From an uncultured Dehalococcoidia bacterium (lineage in GTDB: Bacteria; Chloroflexota; Dehalococcoidia; Lucifugimonadales; G958296245): 64,000 nucleotides of DNA. Location: NCBI GenBank assembly GCA_958296245.1, contig OY282458.1, forward strand, positions 1,260,777 to 1,324,776. The letters run 5' to 3'. Each line of letters begins with the position of its first letter. The stretch's first letter is position 1. This document shows, in pieces, positions 25,336-35,122 of the stretch. Below the pieces are notes generated by a model that saw only the letters and a list, made by a program, of their open reading frames with translations, ran no database searches and had not been told where the DNA came from. The position numbers and the translations under genes were made by a program.

Positions 25336-27129
25336 CTAACGGTCTTGTATTCGGAGAACCCGCCCTGCGTTGACTCCGGCAGGGCGCCCCTCGTCGATAG
25401 CCATGCGTCCGTTCACCAACACGTACCGCATCCCTTCGCTGTATCGGTGGGGATTCTGCGCAGTCGACCGGGGCGCGAGGCTGGCGGCATCGAACACGGC
25501 GACGTCCGCCCAAAAGCCCTCCTCGATCAGCCCCCGGTCTCTCCAGCCCAGGATCTCGGCGGGCAGCCCCGTGGAGGACCTGATCGCGTGCGGTAGAGAG
25601 ACCACCCCTTGGTCGAGGGCGTACCGGCGCAGCTTCGTGGTGAAGCTGGCGTACGTACGGACGTGCTGTGTGACGCCCATGGGGTCGACGCCGGCTCCGA
25701 AGTAGGGATAATCGCCGTCGCTCCCCGTGGCGACGTAGTCCCTGCGCATGATCAGCTCTACGTCTTCCTGCGAGAGGATGTCCGCCATCGCCCGGGCCCC
25801 TTCCAGGCCAAGCCGGATCGCGGCGTCCTCCGTCGTTAGGCCCAGCCCTACCGCTGCGTCGGCCAGCGTCCTGCCCTCCAGTTCCGGGCGCGCCGACTCC
25901 ACTATTGCGACCCGTCCGCCGCCGCCGTATTGCTCCAGGTTTTCCGCCACGATGGATCTGATACGCGCTCCGTCAGCGGGGTCGCCCAGCCGTTCGATGA
26001 AGCGGGCCCTCTCTTCCGGGTTGCCTGGCCCTCTGTGGACCCCGTACCACGAAGCCAGTTCCATCAGTCCGCTCCCCTGGGACGGCAGCGCGCTGCTCAG
26101 CGCCCCGGCGGCCATCTCCCGCAGGAGACCGGGCCGGGCCTCCAAGAAGCGGCGCCGGTCGGGTTCCAGGGACGGCAGGGCCGCCATCTCCGCGTACAGC
26201 CCCAGCATATCCGCGTCCGGAACGGCTCTGAGAGCCGCTGCCAGCATCGCGGCGCGCTCCTCGGCGGCGGTCTCCGCCGGCAGCCGCGCCCGCTCAGGGA
26301 TCAGGGACACCTCGGCGTCCGCGAACGGGTACTGGTCGGCGTACACTCTGACACCCCGGCCCCTCGCTTCTTCGATCATCTCGAGCGCGCGGCCAACCTT
26401 GCCCCAGTTGCGCCGGTAGACCGCCTTGAGATGGGTCAGGACGCCGACGGCCCCCGACTGCTCCGCGATCCCGATGGCCTCGGCGACGGCTTCAAGCAGA
26501 CCGTCGCCCTCGCTCCGCACGTGGGTGTGATACATGCCGCCGCGGCGCGCCGCCTCTGAGGCCAGCCCGATCAGCTCCCCCGTGTCCGCATGGCGTCCGG
26601 GGGGGTACTCCAAGCCCGACGACAGCCCCCATGCGCCGCATTCCATCGCCTCGCGCACGTGGCGCTTCATGGCCTCCAGATCGCCGGCCGTTGGCCGCCG
26701 CGCCGACGTACCCATGACCAGACGGCGCACCTGGCCCGCGCCCACCATGAGAACGGCGTTCGTGCCTATGCCTTGGCGCTCCAGCCTCGCGGCATGGACG
26801 TCCATCGTCTCGTGCAACGGCCATGAGCCGTAGCCGTCGGCGCCGCCGACCACCGTCGTGACGCCCTGAGTCAGGTACGGCAGGCTCGGGGCCAACTCGG
26901 GGATGTACAAGCCCCGCTCCGAGTGCGTGTGCACGTCGACGAAACCGGGCGTAACGTAGAGGCCGTCAGCCGGGATGATACGGGGCGCGCTCCAAGCGTC
27001 CAGGCTGCCGACGGCTGCGATCCTGCCGTCTCTGATTGCCACGTCCGCGGCAAACGCCTCCGAGCCGCCGCCGTCGATGACACGGCCGCCCAGTATCAGG
27101 ACGTCGGCCCGCCCCGGACCGTGGGCCAT
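25336..27129 (-). CDS. D-aminoacylase / N-acyl-D-amino-acid deacylase family amidohydrolase
   Basis: [13 protein letters not shown].., [11 protein letters not shown] (HxH metal site). Start moved to ATG 27129 (GGGGGAG upstream) rather than 27156. Confidence 0.8.
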   Translation of the reverse strand: MAHGPGRADVLILGGRVIDGGGSEAFAADVAIRDGRIAAVGSLDAWSAPRIIPADGLYVTPGFVDVHTHSERGLYIPELAPSLPYLTQGVTTVVGGADGYGSWPLHETMDVHAARLERQGIGTNAVLMVGAGQVRRLVMGTSARRPTAGDLEAMKRHVREAMECGAWGLSSGLEYPPGRHADTGELIGLASEAARRGGMYHTHVRSEGDGLLEAVAEAIGIAEQSGAVGVLTHLKAVYRRNWGKVGRALEMIEEARGRGVRVYADQYPFADAEVSLIPERARLPAETAAEERAAMLAAALRAVPDADMLGLYAEMAALPSLEPDRRRFLEARPGLLREMAAGALSSALPSQGSGLMELASWYGVHRGPGNPEERARFIERLGDPADGARIRSIVAENLEQYGGGGRVAIVESARPELEGRTLADAAVGLGLTTEDAAIRLGLEGARAMADILSQEDVELIMRRDYVATGSDGDYPYFGAGVDPMGVTQHVRTYASFTTKLRRYALDQGVVSLPHAIRSSTGLPAEILGWRDRGLIEEGFWADVAVFDAASLAPRSTAQNPHRYSEGMRYVLVNGRMAIDEGRPAGVNAGRVLRIQDR

Positions 27130-27348
27130 CTCGCTCCCCCTACAGCCGTCTTCCATCCCCTGACGTGGTCTTCGCAGGCCGCGGGCGCTCCCGGCGCAAA
27201 AGGGGCCCGGGCTGTAAGCAGCACTCGTCCGCCGCAGCGAAAGGCGCTTACAGGTGTTCGGCCCGGGCCCGTGTCTTTTGCTTCCGCCCGGACGGCAACA
27301 GAGCCGCCGTCCAGCGTACCCGCCCCAGATGTTACCATATGGCCCGTC

Positions 27349-28428
27349 ATGTCAAACACCTTCGGCCACCTGTTCCGGGTGACTACGTGGGGCGAGTCGC
27401 ATGGCGACGCTGTGGGCGTCGTCGTGGACGGCTGCCCGCCCAGGATCAGGATCGATTTGGACGACGTCCAGAGAGAGTTGGACCGCCGACGTCCGGGGCA
27501 GAGCGAGATCACCACGCAGCGCAGGGAGTCCGACCGCGCCGAGATCCTGTCGGGCGTGTTCGACGGCCTGACGCTCGGCACCCCGATACTGATCGGCGTA
27601 TGGAACGAGGACCAGCGTAGTAAGGACTACGAGCACATGCGCGCCAAGTTCCGCCCGTCCCACGCCGACTACACCTACCAGGCCAAGTACGGCATCAGGA
27701 ACTGGAAGGGCGGCGGCAGGGCCAGCGCCAGGGAGACCGTGGGGAGGGTGGCGGCGGGCGCCATCGCCCGGAAGGTCCTCGCCCAAGAGCACGGCGTGGA
27801 GATAGTGGGCTACGTCAAGCAGGTGTGGACGCTGGCGGCAGACGTAGACCCCGACACGGTGACCGCTGCCGAGGTCGAGTCGAACATCGTCCGATGCCCC
27901 GACCCGGACGCGGCGCCGCGCATGATAGACAGGATCAAGGAGGCGCGCAAAGACGGCGACTCCCTCGGCGGGGTGGTCGAGGCGGTGGCGCGCAACGTGC
28001 CCCCCGGTCTCGGAGAGCCGGTCTTCGATAAGCTGGAGGCCGAACTGGGGCGCGGCGTGCTCTCGCTGCCGGCGTGCAAGGGATTCGAGATCGGCTCGGG
28101 GTTCGGCGGCGTGACGATGACCGGATCGCAGCACAACGACCCGTTCTACAACGACCAAGGCCGCATCCGCACCCGAACCAACCGCTCCGGCGGCGTCCAG
28201 GGCGGCATCTCCAACGGCGAGAACATCATCATCCGCGCCGCCTTCAAGCCCACGGCGACCATACTCAGGCCCCAGGAGACGGTGGACGTCGAGGGCAACC
28301 CCACGACCCTGGAGGGCAGGGGCCGCCACGACCCGTGCGTCCTCCCCCGCGCCGTCCCCATGGTCGAGGCCATGATGGCCTTGGTGCTCATGGACCACAC
28401 CCTGCGCCAGCGAACGCAAGCGGGGTGA
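27349..28428 (+). CDS. aroC: Chorismate synthase
   Basis: [31 protein letters not shown].., ..RPGQS..T.R.E.D...ILSG.., ..[11 protein letters not shown].. The ORF's upstream 142 codons overlap the opposite-strand amidohydrolase and are rejected. Confidence 0.9.
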   Translation: MSNTFGHLFRVTTWGESHGDAVGVVVDGCPPRIRIDLDDVQRELDRRRPGQSEITTQRRESDRAEILSGVFDGLTLGTPILIGVWNEDQRSKDYEHMRAKFRPSHADYTYQAKYGIRNWKGGGRASARETVGRVAAGAIARKVLAQEHGVEIVGYVKQVWTLAADVDPDTVTAAEVESNIVRCPDPDAAPRMIDRIKEARKDGDSLGGVVEAVARNVPPGLGEPVFDKLEAELGRGVLSLPACKGFEIGSGFGGVTMTGSQHNDPFYNDQGRIRTRTNRSGGVQGGISNGENIIIRAAFKPTATILRPQETVDVEGNPTTLEGRGRHDPCVLPRAVPMVEAMMALVLMDHTLRQRTQAG

Positions 28429-28689
28429 CACGGGCTCTGGCAACTGGCGGGCGAACCGAGCTAAACACGCTGGAGATGGGAGGCGTTGCCAAGTGATAGA
28501 TGACATCCTAATGAAAAAACAAGTCGCTATTTATGATCCCCCGAAGGTTGGCGAAACGCCTCAGAAACGCAAGGCATGGTGGCGGCCTTTCTGAGTGGGG
28601 GGATGGTGAGGCGCGCACGATTACCGCCGTCCAATACCGGGAAGGCTCACCCGCCTTGATAGTCGACCTGACAAGAGGAGGATTAGGCC

Positions 28690-30651
28690 GTGATCAAGAC
28701 CATCCTGCTCACGATTATAACCATACTTACCGGCACAGCCTGTGCTGTGTTTAGCCCCACGCCGACCAGCACGCCCAGACCCACCCCCACCAGCACGCCC
28801 ACCTCCGCGCCGGACAGGTATGCTCTGGTCGCGTTCTACCTCGCCACGGGCGGCGGGAGCTGGTTCATCGACATGAACTGGTTCCCCAACAAGCCCCTAG
28901 ACGAGTGGATGGGTGTCATCACTGACGACAGCGGTCGCGTCGCCGGATTGGTCCTCCGGAGTAACCGGTTGAGTGGTGAGATACCGTTGGAGCAGCTGGG
29001 CAACCTTACCAACCTGACAATATTGATCCTCTCGGAGAACCAGTTAAGCGGGGAGATACCGCCGGAGTTGGGCAGCCTCACCAATCTGACAGGTCTGGGG
29101 CTCTCGGGGAACCAGTTAAGCGGTGCGATACCGCCGGAGTTGGGCAGCCTCACCAATCTGACAATATTGTCCCTCTGGGAGAACCAGTTAAGCGGTGAGA
29201 TACCGTCGGAGTTGGGCAGCCTCACCAACCTGGAACGGCTCGACCTCGATAAGAACCAGTTGACTGGTAAGATACCGCCGGAGTTGGGCAGCCTCACCAA
29301 TCTGGAACGACTCTACCTCTCGGAGAACCAGTTGAGTGGTGCGATACCGACGGAGTTGGGCAGCCTCACCAATCTGACAATATTGTCCCTCTGGGAGAAC
29401 CAGTTGAGCGGGGAGATACCGTCGGGGTTGGGCAGTCTCACCAACCTGGAACGACTCTACCTCGATAAGAACCAGTTGAGCGGGGAGATACTGCCGGAGT
29501 TGGGCAGTCTCACCAACCTGGAACGACTCTACCTCGATAAGAACCAGTTGAGCGGGGAGATACTGCCGGAGTTGGGCAGCCTCTCCAACCTGGAAAGGCT
29601 CCGCCTCTCGGAGAACCGGTTGAGCGGGGAGATACCGCCGGAGTTGGGCAGCCTCATCAACTTGGAACGGCTCGACCTCTCGGAGAACCAGTTGAGCGGG
29701 GAGATACCGCCGGAGTTGGGCAGCCTGACCAATCTGGAACGACTCGACCTCTCGGAGAACGAGTTGATCGGTGCGATACCGCCGGAACTGGGCAGCCTGA
29801 CCAATCTGGAACGGCTTGACCTCTCGGAGAACGAGTTGATCGGTGAGATACCGTCGGAGTTGGGCAGGCTCCTCAATCTGGCGGAGCTGAAACTCTCTGG
29901 GAATCGGCTTACGGGGTGCATACCTGTGGGTTTGAAGTATATGCCTACCAGTGATCTTCCCAAGCTTGGCCTGGAGTTCTGCCAAGCGCCCACGCCGACG
30001 CCGGACAGGGATGTGCTGGCCGTGTTCTACGATGCCACGGGCGGCCCGAACTGGGTGGACAATACGAACTGGTTGAGCGACGCGCCCCTTTTCAAGTGGC
30101 GCGGCGTCACCACTGACGACAGCGGCCGCGTCACCAAATTGTCCCTCTCGGAGAACTGGTTGAGGGGGGAGATACCGCCGGAGTTGGGCAGCCTCTCCAA
30201 TCTGACAGCATTGTTCCTCTCGGAAAACCAGTTAAGCGGGGAGATACCGCCGGAACTGGGCAACCTCTCCAATCTGACAACATTGTTCCTCTCGGAGAAC
30301 TGGTTGAGTGGGGAGATACCGTCGGAGTTGGGCAGCCTCTCCAATCTGACAGTATTGTTCCTCTCGGAGAATCAGTTAAGCGGGGAGATACCGTCGGAAC
30401 TGGGCAGCCTCTCCAATCTGGAATGGCTGGAGCTCTGGGGGAACTGGTTGAGTGGTGCGATACCGCCGGAGCTGGGCAGCCTCCGCAATCTGGCGGAGCT
30501 GAAACTCTCTGGGAATCGGCTTACGGGGTGCATACCTGTGGGTTTGAGAGACGTGGATGCCAATGACTTTCCCGAGATGGGCTTGCCGTTCTGCCAAACG
30601 TCCAACACCCCCGCTAGCACGCCCATACCCACGCCGGCGCCTACCCGATAG
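28690..30651 (+). CDS. Secreted/lipoprotein-like leucine-rich repeat protein, plant-specific-type 24-aa LRRs (14 + 6 repeats)
   Basis: Signal-like MIKTILLTIITILTGTAC, a Pro/Thr linker, two modules each with an LRRNT-like cap (..ALVAFY.ATGG..W....NW....PL..W.GV..D..GRV..L.L), then repeats L.NL..L.L..N.LSGEIP.ELGS. Confidence 0.85.
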   Translation: MIKTILLTIITILTGTACAVFSPTPTSTPRPTPTSTPTSAPDRYALVAFYLATGGGSWFIDMNWFPNKPLDEWMGVITDDSGRVAGLVLRSNRLSGEIPLEQLGNLTNLTILILSENQLSGEIPPELGSLTNLTGLGLSGNQLSGAIPPELGSLTNLTILSLWENQLSGEIPSELGSLTNLERLDLDKNQLTGKIPPELGSLTNLERLYLSENQLSGAIPTELGSLTNLTILSLWENQLSGEIPSGLGSLTNLERLYLDKNQLSGEILPELGSLTNLERLYLDKNQLSGEILPELGSLSNLERLRLSENRLSGEIPPELGSLINLERLDLSENQLSGEIPPELGSLTNLERLDLSENELIGAIPPELGSLTNLERLDLSENELIGEIPSELGRLLNLAELKLSGNRLTGCIPVGLKYMPTSDLPKLGLEFCQAPTPTPDRDVLAVFYDATGGPNWVDNTNWLSDAPLFKWRGVTTDDSGRVTKLSLSENWLRGEIPPELGSLSNLTALFLSENQLSGEIPPELGNLSNLTTLFLSENWLSGEIPSELGSLSNLTVLFLSENQLSGEIPSELGSLSNLEWLELWGNWLSGAIPPELGSLRNLAELKLSGNRLTGCIPVGLRDVDANDFPEMGLPFCQTSNTPASTPIPTPAPTR

Positions 30652-30666
30652 ACCCGGACACCCGCG

Positions 30667-30792
30667 TCACGCCAACGACTCTTTCCCATACGACTCGTCC
30701 AGCAGGTCGGTTATGTAGCGCACCTGGACGGGCTTACCGGAGCGGCGGGCGCCTAGCTGAAGTTGGATGAGGCAGCCGGGGTTTGCCGTCGC
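30667..30792 (-). pseudogene. Duplicated 3'-terminal fragment (last 41 codons + stop) of glcF
   Basis: Near-identical to 32468-32593 (I saw one synonymous difference). No upstream coding continuation. Confidence 0.75.
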
Positions 30793-30922
30793 TTGCGCCC
30801 ACTTTGTTTAGAGTGTCCCTGAAATGGATTTGTGAAGGCTCTCCGAGGGACAGGGCCGCCGTCCAATACCGGGAAGGCTCACCCGCCTTGATAGTCGACC
30901 TGACAACGGGGAGGATTAGGCC

Positions 30923-32452
30923 GTGATCAAGACCATCCTGCTCACGATCATAACCATACTTACGGGCACAGCCTGTGCTGTGTTTAGCCCCACGCCGACC
31001 AGCACGCCCAGACCCACCCCCACCAGCACGCCCACCTCCGCGCCGGACAGGTATGCTCTGGTCGCGTTCTACCTCGCCACGGGTGGCGGGAGCTGGTTCA
31101 TCGACATGAACTGGTTCCCCAACAAGCCCCTGGACGAGTGGATGGGTGTCATCACTGACGACAGCGGTCGCGTCGCCGGATTGGTCCTCCGGAGTAACCG
31201 GTTGAGTGGTGAGATACCGTTGGAGCAGCTGGGCAACCTTACCAACCTGACAGGGCTGAACCTCTACGATAACAGGTTGAGTGGTGCGATACCGCCGGAG
31301 TTGGGCAGCCTCACCAATCTGACAATATTGGTCCTCTCGGAGAACCAGTTAAGCGGTGAGATACCGTCGGAGTTGGGCAGCCTCACCAACCTGGAACGGC
31401 TCGACCTCGATAAGAACCAGTTGACTGGTAAGATACCGCCGGAGTTGGGCAGCCTCACCAATCTGGAACGGCTCGACCTCTCGGGGAACGAGTTGATCGG
31501 TGAGGCGCCGTCGGAGTTGGGCAGCCTGACCAATCTGAGATTCCTAGCTCTCTCGGAGAACCAGTTGAGCGGGGAGATACCGCCGGAGTTGGGCAGCCTG
31601 ACCAATCTGGAACGGCTCGACCTCAATGGGAACCAGTTGAGTGGTGCGATACCGCCGGAACTGGGCAGCCTGACCAATCTGGAACGGCTCGACCTCTCGG
31701 GGAACCGGTTGAGTGGTGAGATACCGCCGGAGCTGGACAGGCTCCGCAATCTGGCGGAGCTGAAACTCTCTGGGAATCGGCTTACGGGGTGCATACCTGT
31801 GGGTTTGAGGTATATGCCTATCAGTGATCTTCCCAAGCTTGGCCTGGAGTTCTGCCAAACGCCCACGCCGACGCCGGACAGGGATGTGCTGGCCGTGTTC
31901 TACGATGCCACGGGCGGCCCGAACTGGGTGGACAACACGAACTGGTTGAGCGACGCGCCCCTTTTCAAGTGGCGCGGCGTCACCACTGACGACAGCGGCC
32001 GCGTCACCAAATTGTTCCTCTCGGAAAACCAGTTAAGCGGGGAGATACCGCCGGAGTTGGGCAGCCTCTCCAATCTGACAGCATTGTTCCTCTCGGAAAA
32101 CCAGTTAAGCGGGGAGATACCGCCGGAGTTGGGCAGCCTCTCCAATCTGACAACATTGTTCCTCTCGGAAAACCAGTTAAGCGGGGAGATACCGTCGGAG
32201 TTGGGCAGCCTCTCCAATCTGACAGTATTGTTCCTCTCGGAGAATCAGTTAAGCGGGGAGATACCGTCGGAACTGGGCAGCCTCTCCAATCTGGAATGGC
32301 TGAAACTCTCTGGGAATTGGCTTACGGGGTGCATACCTGTGGGTTTGAGAGACGTGGATGCCAATGACTTTCCCGAGATGGGCTTGCCGTTCTGCCAAAC
32401 GTCCAACACCCCCGCCAGCACGCCCATACCCACGCCGGCGCCTACCCGCTAG
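30923..32452 (+). CDS. Secreted/lipoprotein-like LRR protein, tandem paralog of 28690-30651 (9 + 5 repeats)
   Basis: N-terminal ~115 aa and C-terminal ~60 aa are essentially identical to the upstream paralog. 144 aa shorter, equal to six 24-aa repeats. Confidence 0.85.
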   Translation: MIKTILLTIITILTGTACAVFSPTPTSTPRPTPTSTPTSAPDRYALVAFYLATGGGSWFIDMNWFPNKPLDEWMGVITDDSGRVAGLVLRSNRLSGEIPLEQLGNLTNLTGLNLYDNRLSGAIPPELGSLTNLTILVLSENQLSGEIPSELGSLTNLERLDLDKNQLTGKIPPELGSLTNLERLDLSGNELIGEAPSELGSLTNLRFLALSENQLSGEIPPELGSLTNLERLDLNGNQLSGAIPPELGSLTNLERLDLSGNRLSGEIPPELDRLRNLAELKLSGNRLTGCIPVGLRYMPISDLPKLGLEFCQTPTPTPDRDVLAVFYDATGGPNWVDNTNWLSDAPLFKWRGVTTDDSGRVTKLFLSENQLSGEIPPELGSLSNLTALFLSENQLSGEIPPELGSLSNLTTLFLSENQLSGEIPSELGSLSNLTVLFLSENQLSGEIPSELGSLSNLEWLKLSGNWLTGCIPVGLRDVDANDFPEMGLPFCQTSNTPASTPIPTPAPTR

Positions 32453-32467
32453 ACCCGGACACCCGCG

Positions 32468-33769
32468 TCACGCCAATGACTCTTTCCCATACGACTCGTC
32501 CAGCAGGTCGGTTATGTAGCGCACCTGGACGGGCTTACCGGAGCGGCGGGCGCCTAGCTGAAGTTGGATGAGGCAGCCGGGGTTTGCCGTCGCGACCGTG
32601 CCGGCGTCCGTCTCTTCAACGGCGCTCATCTTCGAGTCGAGCAGGCGGAGCGAGAAGGCGCGTTGGGTAATGGCGTAAGCGCCCCCGGCGCCGCAGCAGC
32701 GGGACGCCCCGTCCATCTCCACCAGCTCCAGGCCCGGGATGGAGCGCAGAAGCTGACGCGGCGCCTCGGTAATCCGCTGCGCGTTGACCAGGTGACAAGA
32801 GTCCTGGTACGTGACCCTGCGGTCCAGGCGGCCCGTTGGGGGGACGAAGGGCAGCTCAGCCAAGAACTCGTGCACGTCCTTGACCACGTGCGCGAACCCC
32901 GCGGACCGCGCGCCGTATTCCTCGTCTCCCTGGAGCAACTCGTCGTACTCCTTCATCCGCGCGCCGCAACCCGCCGACGCCGTGACGACGGCATCGACGC
33001 CCGCCGCCTCGAAGACGTCGACGTTCCGGCGGGCCATCTTGCGCGCCGTGTCCAAGTCGCCGACGTGCGAGTGAATGGCGCCGCAGCAGACCTGCTCCTT
33101 GGGCACGACGACCTCGCAGCCGTTGCGGGACAGTACGCGCGCTACCGCTCTCATCTCGGGGCCGTTGACCAACGGCATTACGCACCCGGACAGCAGGGCC
33201 ACCCTGGCCCGGCGCTCTCCGCGTGCGGGGATCACCTGGCCCCCGGCCCTGAAGGGCGCTCCCGACACGGCCGGCGCCGACTCCTCCAAGTCCGCCAGCC
33301 TGCGCGAGAGAACCCTGAGCGCCCGCGTTCCGCGAACGGCCCTCTGGATGCCCAGGCGCTGGTAGAGCCGCAGGCCGCCCGTCAGAAGGCCCAATCTGCC
33401 CTGGTGGGGTAGGACGCCTTTCAGGATGGCCGAGGCGGCTACCCTGGGCAGCAGGCTCGGTTTCCTGTGGCGCTCGACCTCTGCCGTCACGGTTTCGATC
33501 AGCCTTCCGTACGGAACGCCCGACGGGCACGCCGTCTCACATGCCCGGCACTGGATGCACAAGTCCCAGTGCCGGGAGACCGTGGGGCTCGGCCCGATAC
33601 GCCCCTCGTTGACGGCCTTCATCAGCGCGATTCTGCCGCGCGGAGACTCGGTCTCCAACCCCGTCTCCAAGTACGTGGGGCACGCCTGCAGGCAGAAGCC
33701 GCAGTGGACGCACTTGTAGAGGTCCTCCTCGAAGTCGGGGCCAAAGGACGGCGGCGCGGACACCATCAT
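32468..33769 (-). CDS. glcF: Glycolate oxidase iron-sulfur subunit / (Fe-S)-binding CCG-domain protein
   Basis: CVHCGFCLQACP and CIQCRACETACP ferredoxin motifs, plus two CCG motifs (VCCGAIH, RCCGAGG). Start set at ATG 33769, giving an ATGA overlap with the glcE stop. Confidence 0.85.
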   Translation of the reverse strand: MMVSAPPSFGPDFEEDLYKCVHCGFCLQACPTYLETGLETESPRGRIALMKAVNEGRIGPSPTVSRHWDLCIQCRACETACPSGVPYGRLIETVTAEVERHRKPSLLPRVAASAILKGVLPHQGRLGLLTGGLRLYQRLGIQRAVRGTRALRVLSRRLADLEESAPAVSGAPFRAGGQVIPARGERRARVALLSGCVMPLVNGPEMRAVARVLSRNGCEVVVPKEQVCCGAIHSHVGDLDTARKMARRNVDVFEAAGVDAVVTASAGCGARMKEYDELLQGDEEYGARSAGFAHVVKDVHEFLAELPFVPPTGRLDRRVTYQDSCHLVNAQRITEAPRQLLRSIPGLELVEMDGASRCCGAGGAYAITQRAFSLRLLDSKMSAVEETDAGTVATANPGCLIQLQLGARRSGKPVQVRYITDLLDESYGKESLA

Positions 33770-35112
33770 ATGCCCCCTACGTAGCGGCCCGGACTGAGAA
33801 CGCGCCTCGGGTCGTACTGGTCCTTCAATGAGCGCATGACCGCTATCTGGTCTCCCACGTCGTCCCATACGTCCAGCCCCGCTTTGGCCGATGCCGGGCA
33901 CTGCTCCACTACCATCTTGCCGCCCGCTGCGCGGATGGCGCGGCGGGCCGATCGGATGAACGCGCGCGCGGCCTCGTCTACGGGCTGCGCCCCGTCAGAG
34001 CGCCAGTGCGCCTGCACTATACCGTGCGCCGGATGGCCGACGAGCGCCGTACGCCCCCCCGGAGCGGTCCCCTGACGCTGAAGGGCCGCCCAGAGGCTGC
34101 CGACCGAGGCGGGTGTGACCGAGGCCCGTACGCCCACCGTCGGTCTCGTTGCCGTGTCCCAACCGAAGTCGGCGGCTTGGCGCCAAAGTGAAGCCGCGCC
34201 GGCGCCGTCCGCCTGGCGGATTCGCCGACACCCATGCCGTTTCGAAGCTGCCTGGGCCTCGCTGACCATCCTCTCCACAGCCCTCGGCCTGCCTCCAAAC
34301 CTGACGGCCAGGTGGCAGGCCCCGGATTCGAGGTCCTTGAAGTCTGCGGCTGCCGAGGCGTCGATCACCGTGAGAGCAAGGGGGGCCGTGCCGCCTCCGA
34401 AGATGTCCAGGGCGGCATCGATAGCGTCCGACGCGCTGCCGTAGCTGGCTGTAACCGTCGTCTCGTGAGCGGGTAGGGGGGTCAGCTTGAGGGAGACCTC
34501 GACGATAACGCCCAACGTGCCAAGGCCCCCGACGTGCAACCGCGCCACGTCGTAGCCGGAGACGTTCTTGACGACCTGCCCCCCGCTCTTTGTGACCGCG
34601 CCGTCGGCCTGTACCACCTTCATCCCTATCACGACGTCGCGGACGCTGCCGTACTGCCACTTGAGGGGGCCGCTGCTGCCCACCGCCAGGGCGCCGCCTA
34701 CGGTGGCGGACTCCGGCAACGGAGGATCTACCGCGAGGAACTGGCCGTGATCGGCCAGTGTGCGCTGAAGGGCGGCCGCGGTTACGCCCGCCTGGACGGT
34801 CGCCGTGAGGTCTCCGGGGTTGTGAGCGATGATCTGATCGAGCCCCGTCAGGTCGAGCGCAACGTCGTACCGTCGGGGCAGGTTGCCTATGGACGTGCGC
34901 GTCCCGCCGCCCCAGGGCGTCACCGCGGCCCCCGCCCGGTGGGCCGCCGCCGTGACGGCGCTTACGGCGTCCACGGCAGCCGGACGCACTGCCACCTTGG
35001 GCGTAACGCCGTCAATGCCATAGGCGTCTGCGCCGCTGCACGCCGCCGGCCCCCCGGCTGCGCCGTTGACGGCGTCCACGAGTTCCGCTGCGTCCGCGCC
35101 CCAGGCTGCCAA
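33766..35112 (-). CDS. glcE: Glycolate oxidase FAD-binding subunit GlcE-like
   Basis: 448 aa with an FAD-binding PCMH-type layout, positioned between glcD and glcF. Confidence 0.75.
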   Translation of the reverse strand: MAAWGADAAELVDAVNGAAGGPAACSGADAYGIDGVTPKVAVRPAAVDAVSAVTAAAHRAGAAVTPWGGGTRTSIGNLPRRYDVALDLTGLDQIIAHNPGDLTATVQAGVTAAALQRTLADHGQFLAVDPPLPESATVGGALAVGSSGPLKWQYGSVRDVVIGMKVVQADGAVTKSGGQVVKNVSGYDVARLHVGGLGTLGVIVEVSLKLTPLPAHETTVTASYGSASDAIDAALDIFGGGTAPLALTVIDASAAADFKDLESGACHLAVRFGGRPRAVERMVSEAQAASKRHGCRRIRQADGAGAASLWRQAADFGWDTATRPTVGVRASVTPASVGSLWAALQRQGTAPGGRTALVGHPAHGIVQAHWRSDGAQPVDEAARAFIRSARRAIRAAGGKMVVEQCPASAKAGLDVWDDVGDQIAVMRSLKDQYDPRRVLSPGRYVGGI

Positions 35113-35122
35113 GCCGGGCCGC

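Noticed and set aside
26923-27348. 142-codon N-terminal extension of the aroC ORF (also 56957-57316 for gltX, 33770-33901 for glcF, 36655-36774 for the epimerase, 60439-61119 for NHL)
   Set aside because: The extensions overlap neighbouring genes or are Arg/Pro-rich. Canonical family N-termini begin at internal starts, and where I checked (gltX, NHL) these have Shine-Dalgarno-like sequences upstream.
28836-30689. Regular 72-bp periodicity, which could mimic a CRISPR-like array, and many minus-strand ORFs inside the LRR genes (likewise 31264-32433)
   Set aside because: The periodic units are contiguous with no unique spacers. They stay in one long reading frame and encode canonical 24-aa LRRs. 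The minus-strand ORFs are repeat-generated shadows.
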